DNA of 64,000 nt, taken from assembly GCA_964016885.1 (NCBI GenBank), contig OZ024742.1:29760001-29824000 (forward strand), written 5' to 3'. The notes beneath the pieces are model-generated. The model ran no database searches. It saw only the letters and a list, made by a program, of their open reading frames with translations, and was not told the DNA's origin. The translations under genes and the position numbers were made by a program. Within the stretch, counting starts at the first letter, position 1, and every line of letters begins with the position of its first letter. Positions 12,825 through 26,964 of this stretch are shown here, piece after piece. Source of the DNA: Eledone cirrhosa. Taxonomy: Eukaryota.

Positions 12825-12972
12825 AGCAAAGAGATATTTAATTTGCTGGTAATTCAACAAATCTATTTATTATAACAGATTCGAAGCACTCTACAGTTTT
12901 CCTGGACTATAATATCAATGATATTAATAATCAATGATATTAATAAATGGAAACTATATTTATAAAACCAGA

Positions 12973-13040
12973 TTCATTTTATTATATATATTTCAAGGGT
13001 ACCAAAAAAACTTTGGTACGTTCTCATCAGATAAAATAAA
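12973..13040 (-). ncRNA. Type I hammerhead ribozyme, palindromic stem III
   Basis: TTTATTTTAT-CTGATGA-GAAC-GTACCAAA/TTTGGTAC-CCTT-GAAA-TATATA-TA-ATAAAATGAA: 10-bp stem I (one GU), AUA cleavage triplet. Confidence 0.75.
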
Positions 13041-13052
13041 AAAACCAAACCT

Positions 13053-13105
13053 TATCGGTTCAGGTTCTATTTGGATAGTCTATCCAAATAGAACCTGAAC
13101 CGATA
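13053..13105. repeat. Perfect 26-bp-arm palindrome, 1-nt spacer
   Basis: TATCGGTTCAGGTTCTATTTGGATAG-T-CTATCCAAATAGAACCTGAACCGATA. Confidence 0.95.
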
Positions 13106-13115
13106 TTAATATCAT

Positions 13116-13159
<44 letters not shown>

Positions 13160-13180
13160 GTATTAATATTAATATCATTG

Positions 13181-13213
<33 letters not shown>

Positions 13214-13228
13214 TATGTATTATTATTA

Positions 13229-13322
13229 ATTGTTTCTACTTTTGGCACAATACCAGCAATTATCCCAGTACATTACTGGTACTTTATTTTATCGACCCCG
13301 TAAGGATGAAAGGCAAAGTTAA
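13229..13322 (-). mobile_element. SINE family 1, 3' fragment
   Basis: Reverse complement of ACTTTGCCTTTCATCCTTACGGGGTCGATAAAATAAAGTACCAG...GTAGAAACAATT. Confidence 0.85.
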
Positions 13323-13344
13323 TGTATTATTATTAATATCATTG

Positions 13345-13376
<32 letters not shown>

Positions 13377-13409
13377 TATATATATATATGTATATTATAT
13401 ATATATATG

Positions 13410-13655
<246 letters not shown>

Positions 13656-13671
13656 AACAATACAATATAAT

Positions 13672-13735
13672 TACCTCATTACCAGAGGTTTCCCGAATAA
13701 GACGAATACAAGAAACGTCCCCATTCGTTCGTCAG
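13672..13735 (-). ncRNA. Hammerhead ribozyme core (left inverted arm)
   Basis: CTGACGA-stem II-GAAA-CCTC-TGGTAAT-GAGG-TA; stem I weak. Confidence 0.65.
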
Positions 13736-14548
13736 ACAAGGCAGTTTAAAACATAGTGAAATATTTGAAAAATCTCCTCAAGAAAGGCAAAAGTTTAACG
13801 GGCAAAAAAAATATATAAATAAAAGTAATGCAAGAGATATATAAAAATAAAATAAGGAAATATAGTTAGCGTGTGTATAAATGTGTGTATATGCACCTAC
13901 AAATGTACATATGTGTGTATGTACAAATGCATGTGAATAGTGAAAAGATGTGTGCGTAAGTAAATACATGAGGGCAAGCATATCAGTGTATGTGTGACCA
14001 CAAATACGTATATAATATATGTTGAAAAAAGAAATTGTAAGATAATAGAGTTAACGTACATACTGACTCTGGGACTAAGGATTGAAATATATACACATAC
14101 AAGTACGAAAGCACGCGTATAAAGACACACACACGCGCAACCACATACATGTATGTGATATATACAGGGATGGGAGTGTATCAGTCAAAGCAGTGTCAGG
14201 CTGAAGGTCGATACATATCAAAATATAAAATATGAAAATGAAAAAATTAAAAAATATATGAGAATAAAAAAATTAAATCTAAGAGAAAGTAAGGGGGAGG
14301 GGTTATCAATTATAAAGTAACACTAGAAAAATTGAAAACATACAGAGGTTCGTACACACACATATATATATATAAAAATATATATATAAATACGTACAGA
14401 CAAAAGCACATACATGCGTACATACATACAAAAGCGCGCATACATACACACGAAGAACATATATATACATACATTTACATCTAATCACACGCACGCACGC
14501 GACCATATATATACATATATATATACACATATATATATATATATATAA

Positions 14549-14579
<31 letters not shown>

Positions 14580-14918
14580 TATATATAAGTATCTAAAAAA
14601 CATAGATATAAAAACACACATACACACACACATATACACATACACGCGCACATACGAATGCATTCGTATACATATACAAACACGTATACACACATATGCA
14701 CATTTACACGCATACATGCAATATAAAAACCAGCCGTATGAATAAATGAGTACAAATTATACGCAAGTAAACATACATAAAATCGGCTGAGGGACAACAG
14801 AATATATATTTTTATATATCTCTTGCATTACTTTTATTTATATATTTTTTTTGCCCGTTAAACTTTTGCCTTTCTTGAGGAGATTTTTCAAATATTTCAC
14901 TGTTTTAAACTGCCTTGT

Positions 14919-14982
14919 CTGACGAACGAATGGGGACGTTTCTTGTATTCGTCTTATTCGGGAAACCTCTGGTAATGAGGTA
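14919..14982 (+). ncRNA. Hammerhead ribozyme core (right inverted arm)
   Basis: CTGACGA-A.CGAATGGGGACG/CGTCTTATTCG.G-GAAA-CCTC-TGGTAAT-GAGG-TA (GUA triplet); stem I only ~2 bp. Confidence 0.65.
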
Positions 14983-15091
14983 ATTATATTGTATTGTTTA
15001 TTATACATTAAATTTAGCTCTGTAACTTACATAGAGCACTCTTCACTCCTATGACTTTTTCAATTTTCAACGGACACTTCAATACTTATAT

Positions 15092-15134
<43 letters not shown>

Positions 15135-15498
15135 ATGTGTGTGTATGTGTGTGTGTGTGCGTGTGTGTGTGTGTGTGGAAAAGAAGTTGAAAATACAATT
15201 GTCGTCTTAATCTTCTTAAAGACTCCAATTGCATTTTCAATTTCTTGTTCCTATATTATTACCCATATGGGATATAAAAAGCTTACACCCTTATATTTAA
15301 TTTATTCATGTTTGCATATAGTTAGATAGTTACATTTATATGTACACACACATATATATATATTATATACTTAAATTTATACATATATGCATGTATATAT
15401 ATAAGTACATATATATATATATGTATATGTATATATATGTATATATATATGTATGTATATATATATGCGTGTGTGTATATATATATATGTATATATAT

Positions 15499-15530
<32 letters not shown>

Positions 15531-15620
15531 GTATATGTGTGTGTAAGTGTTTATGTATACATATGTGTATTTATATATGCACACATATGTGTATAAATAT
15601 ATATATATATACATACATAC

Positions 15621-15698
<78 letters not shown>

Positions 15699-15700
15699 TG

Positions 15701-15791
15701 AAGGTCGAGTCAGTGGCCTGTCGAGAGCTGCCTGATGACCTTGTAATCATAAAGGAGAAACTCCAGAGTAACCGGCCACTGACTCGACCTT
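15701..15791 (+). ncRNA. Hammerhead-like motif in a ~160-bp island within (TA)n
   Basis: CTGATGA-CCTT...AAGG-A-GAAA-CTC-CA-GAG-TA enclosed by a perfect 18-bp inverted repeat 15701-15718/15774-15791; proximal stem I unpaired. Confidence 0.6.
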
Positions 15792-15874
15792 ACAAAAGCT
15801 ACTAATCTCTACTAGAGTATTAAGTTCTCATTCCCGTGACCGTCGATATTAAGCCGATATATATATACATAAAT

Positions 15875-15907
<33 letters not shown>

Positions 15908-15942
15908 AATATATATATATATTAGAATTGGTGCTCTGAAAA

Positions 15943-16032
<90 letters not shown>

Positions 16033-16119
16033 GTGAGGTATTTTTTACAAAATGAAAAATAACCGAGGTGTCCTACACGAGTGAAAGTATAAAAACCACA
16101 GACCCTCCATCTCAACTCA

Positions 16120-16160
16120 CCTTTTGAAAAGCAGAAGAACTGCGAAACCACCGGTAAAGG
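16120..16160 (+). ncRNA. Compact type I hammerhead ribozyme, U3:A8 core variant
   Basis: CCTT-TTGAAAA-GCAG-AAGAA-CTGC-GAAA-CC-ACC-GG-TA-AAGG: all three stems pair; sits in a ~200-bp island between (TA)n arrays. Confidence 0.75.
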
Positions 16161-16229
16161 AACCAAATAAATATATATATTTAAAAAAAAAATAAGACTT
16201 CGGTTGCATTTTCGATTTCATCTCTTTTT

Positions 16230-16349
<120 letters not shown>

Positions 16350-16382
16350 TTATATATCTATATATTTATATTTATATATATA

Positions 16383-16512
<130 letters not shown>

Positions 16513-16895
16513 TATATAGAGAGAGAAAATTTAGGGGGGATAGATAGATTTATTGATAAATAGTTAGATAGATAGATGTAAATATATATATATAGAGGGG
16601 GAGCGAGGGGAAGAGAAGGGAATGCAGACTGACAGGCAGACACACACCAGCACATACAGATACATACACATATACGCACATAATATCTTAACGGAAATAA
16701 AGAAACATTGTTTTTCTCTCTCCGTTGCAAAAGAGCGACTGACTTATTCCAAGTATATTCCCAAAAGTCTGTCTGCTTTTCCAATAGAAAACATACTAGA
16801 ATACTGCTTTCGTTATGGGTCAGGTTTTATTATAGATTAGCAATTCCACAATTCATTCGCCACATTTGGCCTGATTCCGTAGAAACAGTGAATAG

Positions 16896-17650
16896 AAGAG
16901 AGAGGGAGAGAGAGAGATAGAAGAGAGATGTAAGAGAGGTGGAGGAGAGACAGAGAGATGGAGGAGAGATGGAAGAGAGACAGAGAGATGGGGGAGAGAT
17001 GGAAGAGAGATGGAGAGAAAGAGAGAGGGAAGAGAAACAGAGAGATGGAAGAGAGAAGGAGGAGAGATGGAGGAGAGAGAGAGGGGGGATAGAGGGAAGA
17101 GAAACAGAGAGATTGAAGAGAGACAGAGAGATGGAAGAGAGATGGAGGAGAGATGAAAGAGAGACAGAGAGATGGAGGAGAATTGGAAGAGAGACGGTGA
17201 GATGGAGGAGAGATGGAAGAGAGATGGGGGAGAGACAGAGAGATGGGGGAGGAGAGATGGAGGATAGAGGAAAGAGAGACAGAGAGGTGGAAGAGAGATG
17301 GAAGAGAGACAGAGAGATGGAAGAGAGACAGAGAGAGGGAAGAGAGACAGAGAGATGGAAGAGAGATGGAGGAGAGATGGAAGAGAGACAGAGAGATGGA
17401 AGAGAGATGGAGGAGAGATGGAAGAGAGACACAGAGATGGAGGAGAGGTAGAAGAGAGATAGAGAAATGGGGAGAGATGGGAAGACATGGGGAGAGATGG
17501 AAGACAGATGGGAAGAGATGGGGAGAGATGGAAGAGAGACAGAGAGATGGAGGAGAGGTGGAAGAGAGATGGAGGAGAGATGGAGGAGAGATGGAAGAGA
17601 GGTGGAAGAGAGGTGGAGGAGAGATAGAGAGATGGGGAGAGATGGAGAGA
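16896..17650. repeat. Purine-rich compound satellite (AGAGAGATGGA(A/G)G / GAGACAG)
   Basis: Direct reading. Confidence 0.9.
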
Positions 17651-17683
17651 ATAACGTGATGGCATATGAATCATTTGTTAAAT

Positions 17684-17788
17684 AATTGTTTCTACTTTTG
17701 GCACAAGGCCGGCAATTACCCAGTACATTACTGGTACTTTATTTTATCGACCCCGTAAGGATGAAAGGCAAAGTTAACCTCAGCGGGT
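17684..17788 (-). mobile_element. SINE family 1, 3' fragment
   Basis: Matches the reverse complement of the 3' half of the copies at 38071 and 40084. Confidence 0.85.
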
Positions 17789-17794
17789 TAAATA

Positions 17795-20700
17795 ATACAC
17801 ACATAACACACACATCACACACAACATAACCCACACACACTCATCACACGCAACACACACAACACACACAACACACACTCATCAAATACAACACACACAA
17901 CACACACTCATCACACACAACACAAACAACACACACTCATCACACACAACACACACATCACACTCATAACACACATAACACACACAACACACACAACACA
18001 CACAACACACACAACACACACATCACACTCAACACACACACATCACGACACAACATAACCCACACACAATCATCACACACAATACACTCAACACACACAA
18101 CACACTCAACACACACAACACAACACACACTCCACACACAACACACACAACACACACAACACACACAACACACAATACACACAACACACACAACACACAA
18201 CACACAACACACACAACACACACAACACAAGACACACAACACACACCACACAACACCACACAACACCACACAACACCAAACAACACACACAACACACACA
18301 ATACACACACCACACACACCACACAACACCACACAACACAACACACACAACACACACAACACACACAACACACTCAACACACACCACACAACACACACTC
18401 CACACACAACACACACAACACACACAACGCACACAACACACACAACACACACAACGCACAACACACACAACACACACAACACACAACACACACAACACAC
18501 ACAACACAACACACACAACACACACCACACAACACCACACAACACCAAACAACACACACAACACACACAACACACACAACACACACACCACACAACACCA
18601 CACAACACCACACAACACCACACAACACAAAACACACAACACACACAACACACACACAACACACAACACACACAACACACACACCACACAACACACACAA
18701 CACACACAACACACACACAACACACACACCACACAATACCACACAACACCACACAACACAACACACACAACACACACAACACACATTCATCAAATACAAC
18801 ACACACAACACACACTCATCACACACAACACAAACAACACACACAACACACACTCATCAAATACAATACACACAACACACACAACACACAACACACACAA
18901 CACACACAACACAAGACACACAACACACCACACAACACCACACAACACCAAACAACACACACAACACACACAACACACACAACACACACACCACACAACA
19001 CCACACAACACCACACAACACCACACAACACAAAACACACAACACACACAACACACACACAACACACAACACACAACACACACAACACACACACCACACA
19101 ACACACACAACACACACAACACACACAACACACACAACACACACAACACACACACCTCGCAACACCACACAACACCACACAATACAACACACACAACACA
19201 CACAACACACACAACACACACAACACACACACCTCGCAACACCACACAACACCACACAATACAACACACACAACACACACAACACACACTCATCAAATAC
19301 AACACACACAACACACACTCATCACACACAACACAAACAACACACACAACACACACTCATCAAATACAACACACACAACACACACTCATCACACACAACA
19401 CACACATCACACTCATAACACAGATAACACACACACCACACAACACCACACAACACCACACAACACCACACAACAAAACACACACAACACACACTCATCA
19501 AATACAACACACACAACACACACTCATCACACACAACACAAACAACACACACAACACACACTCATCAAATACAACACACACAACACACACAACACACACT
19601 CATCACACACAACACACACATCACACTCATAACACACATAACACACACAATACACACAACACACACAACACACACAACACACACATCACACTCAACACAC
19701 ACACATCACAACACAACATAACCCACACACAATCATCACACACAACACACTCAACACACACAACACACTCAACACACACAACACACTCAACACACACAAC
19801 ACACTCAACACACACAACACAACACACACTCCACACACAACACACACAACGCACACAACACACACACAACACACACAACACACACAACACACACTCCACA
19901 CACAACACACACAACACACACAACGCACACAACACACACAACACACACAACGCACAACACACACAACACACACAACACACAACACACAACACACACAACA
20001 CAAGACACACAACACACACCACACAACACCACACAACACCACACAACACCAAACAACACACACAACACACACATAACACACAACACAAACACCACACAAC
20101 ACCACACAACACAACACACACAACACACACAACACACTCAACACACACAACACAACACACACTCCACACACAACACACACAACGCACACAACACACACAC
20201 AACACACACAACACACACAACACACACAACACACACAACACACAACACACGCAACACACACAACACAAGACACACAACACACACCACACAACACCACACA
20301 ACACCAAACAACACACACAACACACACACAACACACAGCACCACACAACACACACAACACACACAACACACACAACACACACAACACACACACCACACAA
20401 CACCACACAACACCACACAACACAACACACACAACACACACAACACAACACACACAACACACACAACACACACAACACCACACAACACAACACACACAAC
20501 ACACACAACACAACACACACAACACACAACACCACACAACACACACCACACACACCACACACACCACACAACAGACACCACACACCACACACCACACACA
20601 CCACACAACACCACACAACACCACACAACACACACCACACACACCACACAACAGACACCACACACCACACACCACACACACCACACAACACCACACAACA

Positions 20701-20935
20701 CACACCACACACACCACACACACCACACAACAGACACCACACACCACACACCACAGAACACCACACAACACCACACAACACACAACACACACAACACACA
20801 ACACACACCACACACCACACACCACAGAACACCACACACACCACACACACCACACACCACACACCACACACCACACACCACAGAACACCACACAACACCA
20901 CACAACACACAACACACACAACACACAACACACAC
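17795..20935. repeat. (CAACACACA)n/(CACCACA)n compound satellite
   Basis: 3.1 kb of A/C repeats with internal higher-order duplications. Confidence 0.95.
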
Positions 20936-21159
20936 AGTGAATTTGTGTTCACTGACATTGAGAAATATTTCCTAGTAAGTTTGTCTTGTAAATATATGTC
21001 AGCCATTGACTCCGACCGGAGCCCAGTGAAGCAACGAGAATCTTCCATCTTAACTTGAATTAATCCGACTAATTGAATAAGACCAATTAACATAGGCGAA
21101 TCGGCTAGGCAATTACTCCCGTACACACACATACACACACATACATACACACATATACA

Positions 21160-21193
<34 letters not shown>

Positions 21194-21309
21194 TACTCAC
21201 ACACACATACACATACACACGTGCGCGCACATACACATGCACACGCACGCGACATACACATACGACATACTCACATACATACACATGTAAATATGTAAAT
21301 ATATTCATA

Positions 21310-21375
<66 letters not shown>

Positions 21376-21564
21376 CGTATACACATAAACACATCAGTTA
21401 TATATATATATATATATAAATATGTATATATATATAATATGTATATATATATATATATACGATAATATCGCCAATGCCCACGTGCATCCAAATACTTGTC
21501 GAGTGCTTTATATCAGTTATAAAAATATTTACTTGTTGTATCCCAACAATTTAAATAGAACTTT

Positions 21565-21625
<61 letters not shown>

Positions 21626-21744
21626 GTATGGAATAGAATGAAACGAAATTTCATTTCTCACTCTTAGTACGGCACATATGTATATATATATATATATGTA
21701 CATACATACGTGTAAGTATATATATACATTCTTATATATATATA

Positions 21745-21796
<52 letters not shown>

Positions 21797-21831
21797 ATTT
21801 TTCTTCCTCATAATCGTCTCTTTCTCCCTGT

Positions 21832-21886
<55 letters not shown>

Positions 21887-21988
21887 CATAGAATTATATA
21901 TAAAGCGTTCGTGTTTGCATGTATGTTTGTATTTGTGTAAGTGTATGCATGCATGCACGTGAGCATTGGCGCATGTACGCATGTATGC

Positions 21989-22109
<121 letters not shown>

Positions 22110-22123
22110 CATATATATATTTA

Positions 22124-22154
<31 letters not shown>

Positions 22155-22168
22155 GTAAATATATATAC

Positions 22169-22202
<34 letters not shown>

Positions 22203-22237
22203 GTGTGTGTTTATATATATATATATATATATATATA

Positions 22238-22321
<84 letters not shown>

Positions 22322-22717
22322 TGTATATACGCAGTCTTTTCTAGTTCTGCTTTCGTCACAAACGGTTTAGATATCCAATCATATGCGAGTGACATGTCAA
22401 AATGAATTAATGCAGTGACTACATCTAGAGATGTTTGCTGTGCAACACAGCTCAGCTGCTATGCAACATCGGTGGTGCATTAGAGTGCAGCTAGGTGAAG
22501 CAGATGGAAATACAGTACTGAAGGCTTTTTAACCAATATTACAGCTACACTAATGCTGTGTCCTATTGCTTCTCTTTGCAGCATAGTCTAACTAGATTGA
22601 ATAATTATGTGCAGCAGCTGTTGTTATTGCTTTGTTGTTGTTTAACCCTGAGTCAACCTAGCTCCAGTATATATATCTATGATCAAAATGTGTTCTTGTC
22701 GTAACTATCATGTAGGT

Positions 22718-22840
22718 TAGCTTTTGCTATCATCCTTTCGGGGGTCGATAAAATAAGTACCAGTAATGCACTGGGGTTTTAATCGACTTACCCCCTTCCC
22801 TTCAATTTGTTGGCCTTGTACCTAAATCAGAAACCATTAT
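22718..22840 (+). mobile_element. SINE family 1, older partial copy
   Basis: CATCCTTTCGGGGGTCGATAAAATAAGTACCAG...GGCCTTGTACCTAAATCAGAAACCATTAT. Confidence 0.75.
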
Positions 22841-23024
22841 CTATATTATCTAATATATAGAAAGATTGTTATTGAGGGAGTTTAACTGATATTTCTAGCA
22901 AATCTAGCCACCATATTAGAACTTTCTGCTTGGTTTATCTGCTGTAGTTGTTTAGTCTAATTATACACTGGCTATCTCTGACATTGTCGTCAGCTTTGAC
23001 TGGTTTGTAATAACTAGAATAGAC

Positions 23025-23815
23025 ACGTCTAATTAGACAAGTTAATTATATCTGGTATAGTTACAGTTAATTAGAGTAGCTAGCAATAACTATAATAGTT
23101 ACAGCTAATTAGAGTAGTTAGCAATAACTGTAATAGTTACTGCTAATTAGAGTAACAGCTAATTAGAGCAACTAGCAATAATTGTAATAGTTACAGCTAA
23201 TTAAAGTAGTTAGCAATAACTATAATAGTTACTGCTAATTAAAGTAACAGCTAATTAGAGCAACTAGCAATAACTGTAATAGTTACTATAATTAAATTGC
23301 TCAGTAATAATTGGAATAATTGTTAACTATAATTAGACAGGTACGCAATAATTAGAATAACTGTTAGTTTTAATTAGACAGGTATTCAATAACTGTAAGT
23401 GCTAATAATTTTAATTAGACAGGTACGAAATAATTAGAATAGCTGTTAGCTTTAGTTAGACAGGTATTCAATAACTGTAAGAGCTAATAATTTTAATTAG
23501 ACAGGTATGCAATAGCTGTGATAGTTACATCTAATTAAACCGGTCAGGGATAATTGAGATAGTCGTTAACTTTAAGTAGAGAACTTAACAATACTTGGGA
23601 TAATTACGTTTAATTAGGTTAGCAATAACTTGAATATTTTCCTCTAATTAGACAGATTAACCATATCAGGGGTAGTCATTAGCTTTAATTAGTCAGGTCA
23701 GAAATAAGTAGAAGAATCGCTAGTTATAATTAGACAGGTTATCTACACCTGGAATAATTACGTCTGATTAGAAAGGTTATATATACTTCGACTTGTTACG
23801 TCTAATTAGACACTC
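23025..23815. repeat. Degenerate tandem repeat built on CTAATTAG(A/C)...GCAATAACT..AATAGTTAC
   Basis: TAATTAG core recurs about every 30-40 nt. Confidence 0.75.
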
Positions 23816-23959
23816 TTTAACCTACATGAGTTACGTCCACTGGGCTGTGTCAAGTTATTTCCAGTTGTGTAGATCAACACGTTTGAACAGAGTGGTGTGC
23901 TCATGCGCGGAGATGCTATGAAATAGGATGAAAACTATTAGAGATTGAAAAATAAGTTG

Positions 23960-24450
23960 TTTTCTCACCATAGGCAACGCAATAAAACCACTAAAATGCA
24001 AGAGGTTACTGAGAAGGGTGAAGGACAAGACAGAGAGAACATAATTCAAGGAGACACACGATAGCGATTGTGTTGCTTTTGAAATTTTATAAATTGTAGT
24101 AGCCAGGAATGCCAGACGTCGGGAAAGAATTCCATAGGTGAGATGTGCAAGGGAAGAAACTATCAGAATAGAATTTATGATTACATTTAGGAACTTCAAC
24201 TGGAAATGGATGAGACGTAGCTGACAATCTGGTACTACTGAAGGTAGGGCAACAAAGAAGAAAGCTCATCAGAACAATTCCCATTAAAATATTTATTTAA
24301 AAAAATGAAAAGTCAAAGAGAAGCAACATTACGACGGTGTGAGAGTGATTGAAGCTGGCATGTTAAGTCAGGAACAATAATGTTGATGGTTCTTCTTTGG
24401 ATCTCATCAAGATTCTCAAGGTACATGACAGAAGCACCAGACCAGTATCC
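23960..24450 (-). mobile_element. 3' end fragment of a CR1/L2/Jockey-group LINE
   Basis: Minus strand reads LDEIQRRTINII...LQSLSHRRNVASL...SHPFPVEVPKC...SFFPCTSHLWNSFP...YNL, frameshifted. Confidence 0.65.
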
Positions 24451-25094
24451 AATTTAATGAAGAATGGTAAATTTATAAAGATATGATATTTCCGGGTGTT
24501 ATATTACTTAGATAGGGCTTAGATTGTATCACAGGAAATAATATATTTCTTGTGTATTACTTCAATTTAAATCCAGTGTGATTTCAGAATTTCTCTGTCA
24601 CTCATGGTCATCTTGCTCCAATACAATAATTGTCAATAATGACAGATTATCAAAACAGATTAATTGGCAAAAAAATATTCGGTGCCGATTAATCGGCAAA
24701 ATGGCATATATGGCCGATACCGCTTACCTACCGATTAATCAATAGAACACAATCCAACACATCAATACGTTGAAGATGTTGGAGATATTGACTGCCTGCA
24801 GCCATAGAAATACATTCCTCTGTAAAATCTGGGGAAAAAACAGTCATATTGTTTGGCGTTAAGCGGTTATATACTGCAGAAGCATCATCATCATCAGCAG
24901 CAACAACAGTAACAGCAGCAACAGCAGCAGCAGCAGCAACATCACCACCAGCAACAGCAGCAGTAGTAGCATCGCCATAACATTTCCCACGTGATGATTC
25001 GAAGTGAAAATAATTTATGATTTCATGAGGTAAAATTCAAAAAATGTTTACCAATTCTAAAAAAAAAAAAAAAATGACTCCTTCTCACCCACTC

Positions 25095-25420
25095 CTCCCA
25101 TCATTCCTCCTCCTCCTCCTCCTCATCCTCCTCCTCCTCCTCCTCCTTCACATCATCAATATCATCATCATAATCATTGTTATCACCACCACCACCATCA
25201 TCATCATCATAATCATCAGCAGCGTCATCAGCGTCATCACCACCATTATCACCACCATCACCATCCTCCTCATCATCAACATCATCATCATCATCACCAT
25301 CATCATCATCATAATCATCATCATCATCATCAGCGTCATCATCACCATCATCATCATCATCATCATCACCATCATCACCATCATCACCACCATCATCATC
25401 ATCATCATCATCATCAGCAA
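25095..25420. repeat. (CCT)n then (CAT)n microsatellite
   Basis: Direct reading. Confidence 0.9.
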
Positions 25421-25721
25421 TGTATTACAGCCTCGCCAGGATAACAAAATACATTATCCAGTGTTCACGTGACCGATCTCTCGGCCTTCTACAAAACGCT
25501 GAGAAGATAAAGTTAATAGAAAGACTGATGAGGAATATACGAGGGTCAGCTGAAAAGTTCATAGTTTGACCAAGATACTCTCATGGAATGACTAAATGAG
25601 GTTTATTTTCCAACATAGTCCCTTGAAAGAAACAATGCAGTTATCAATAAGAGTTGAGAAGGTCCGGGGGGCACTGGGGTTAGGTGGGGTGGGGGCGATA
25701 GAGATGATGTAATATTATATT

Positions 25722-25897
25722 AGGCAGAATTGGTAGAGGGTTGGACATGCTTTCCAGCATAGTTACGTCCCTTTACGATCTGAGTTCAAATCCCGCCAAG
25801 GTTGACTTTGCCTTTCATCCTTACGGGGTCGATAAAATAAAGTACCAGTAATGTACTGAGATAATTGCTGGCCTTGTGCCTAAAGTAGAAACAATTA
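25722..25897 (+). mobile_element. SINE family 1
   Basis: GGCAGAATTGGTAGAG head, B box GAGTTCAAATCC, conserved body and tail. Confidence 0.85.
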
Positions 25898-26593
25898 TTT
25901 ATCATATATAAATTAACGCTTTTATTTACAATTTACGTGTAGGCAGGTCTCTCTGGAAATGGGGTTGCGAGCGAAGTGGTCGACGGTATTACGTGGCCAT
26001 GAGGGAGGGCGGTGGCCCAAAACGTTTGAGAACCTCTGCCCTATATTATAAACTATTTCATAGCATCTCCGCGCATGAGCAACCCATTCTTTATATTAAT
26101 ATTATATAGTGTTATAAAGATCATAAGAGTTGTATCAACTTCGGGCAACAATAATTATGATTGGTAGCCATCAAGTTGAAAGCGACATACTTCAGCTCAG
26201 ATTAAATTTCATTAATCGAAATAATAATTATTCGAATCTATATATGTTTGCCAATAATAAACAAATCTATTTCGGTAGTATATAATACTGGAATCCTGGG
26301 ATCAATGAAACCTTTGAAGGTGTTTCAAGCTGCCTGATTGTTTAAAACCTTCGTTTACAAGAAGTTATCAAGATACATAAAATGTTATAATCGATATGGG
26401 CAGTTTGAAAAGTACATTGATTTAGTTATGGTTTCGTAACACAGCTCTTAGTTTCTGCAGATGCCAACAACCTTAGTTGACTTCTATTAGAGTTTGGTAT
26501 CAGAGCAGAGTTCTAGTTGACAAACGACACGGTAGAAAAAAAGAATATGGCAGGGGCAAGTAAAAGAGGATAAGTTTTAACACTTTCAATAAG

Positions 26594-26785
26594 TTTTAAC
26601 TGTTTCGTTACCAGATTTAACTATTTCGTTACCAGATTAAACTGTTTCGTTACCATATTTAACTGTTAAAAGATTTTAACTGTTTCGTTACCAGATTTTA
26701 ACTGTTTCGTTACCAGATTCAAATGTTTCGTTACCAGATTTTAACTGTTTCGTTACCAGATTTAAATGTTTCGTTACCAGATTTT
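26594..26785. repeat. 20-22-bp minisatellite (TTTAACTGTTTCGTTACCAGA), ~8-9 copies
   Basis: Direct reading. Confidence 0.9.
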
Positions 26786-26964
26786 TTAATAAAATACTCA
26801 GTCAGTCAATGTTTCAATTGATGTTGAATCGAATAAATTTGGGAGACATTAGTAAAATAAAAACTTTATCATTAATAAAGCAGATTGGCACTAGAATCGG
26901 TAGAGTGTCGGACAACATGCTATGCATGTGCTTCGGCGGGATTTGAACTCAGAACGGAGAGAGC

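Noticed and set aside
25525-25625. CTGATGAG...GAAA resembling an HHR
   Set aside because: Stems do not pair; TACGAGGGTCAGCTGAAAAGTTC looks more like a mariner TIR remnant.
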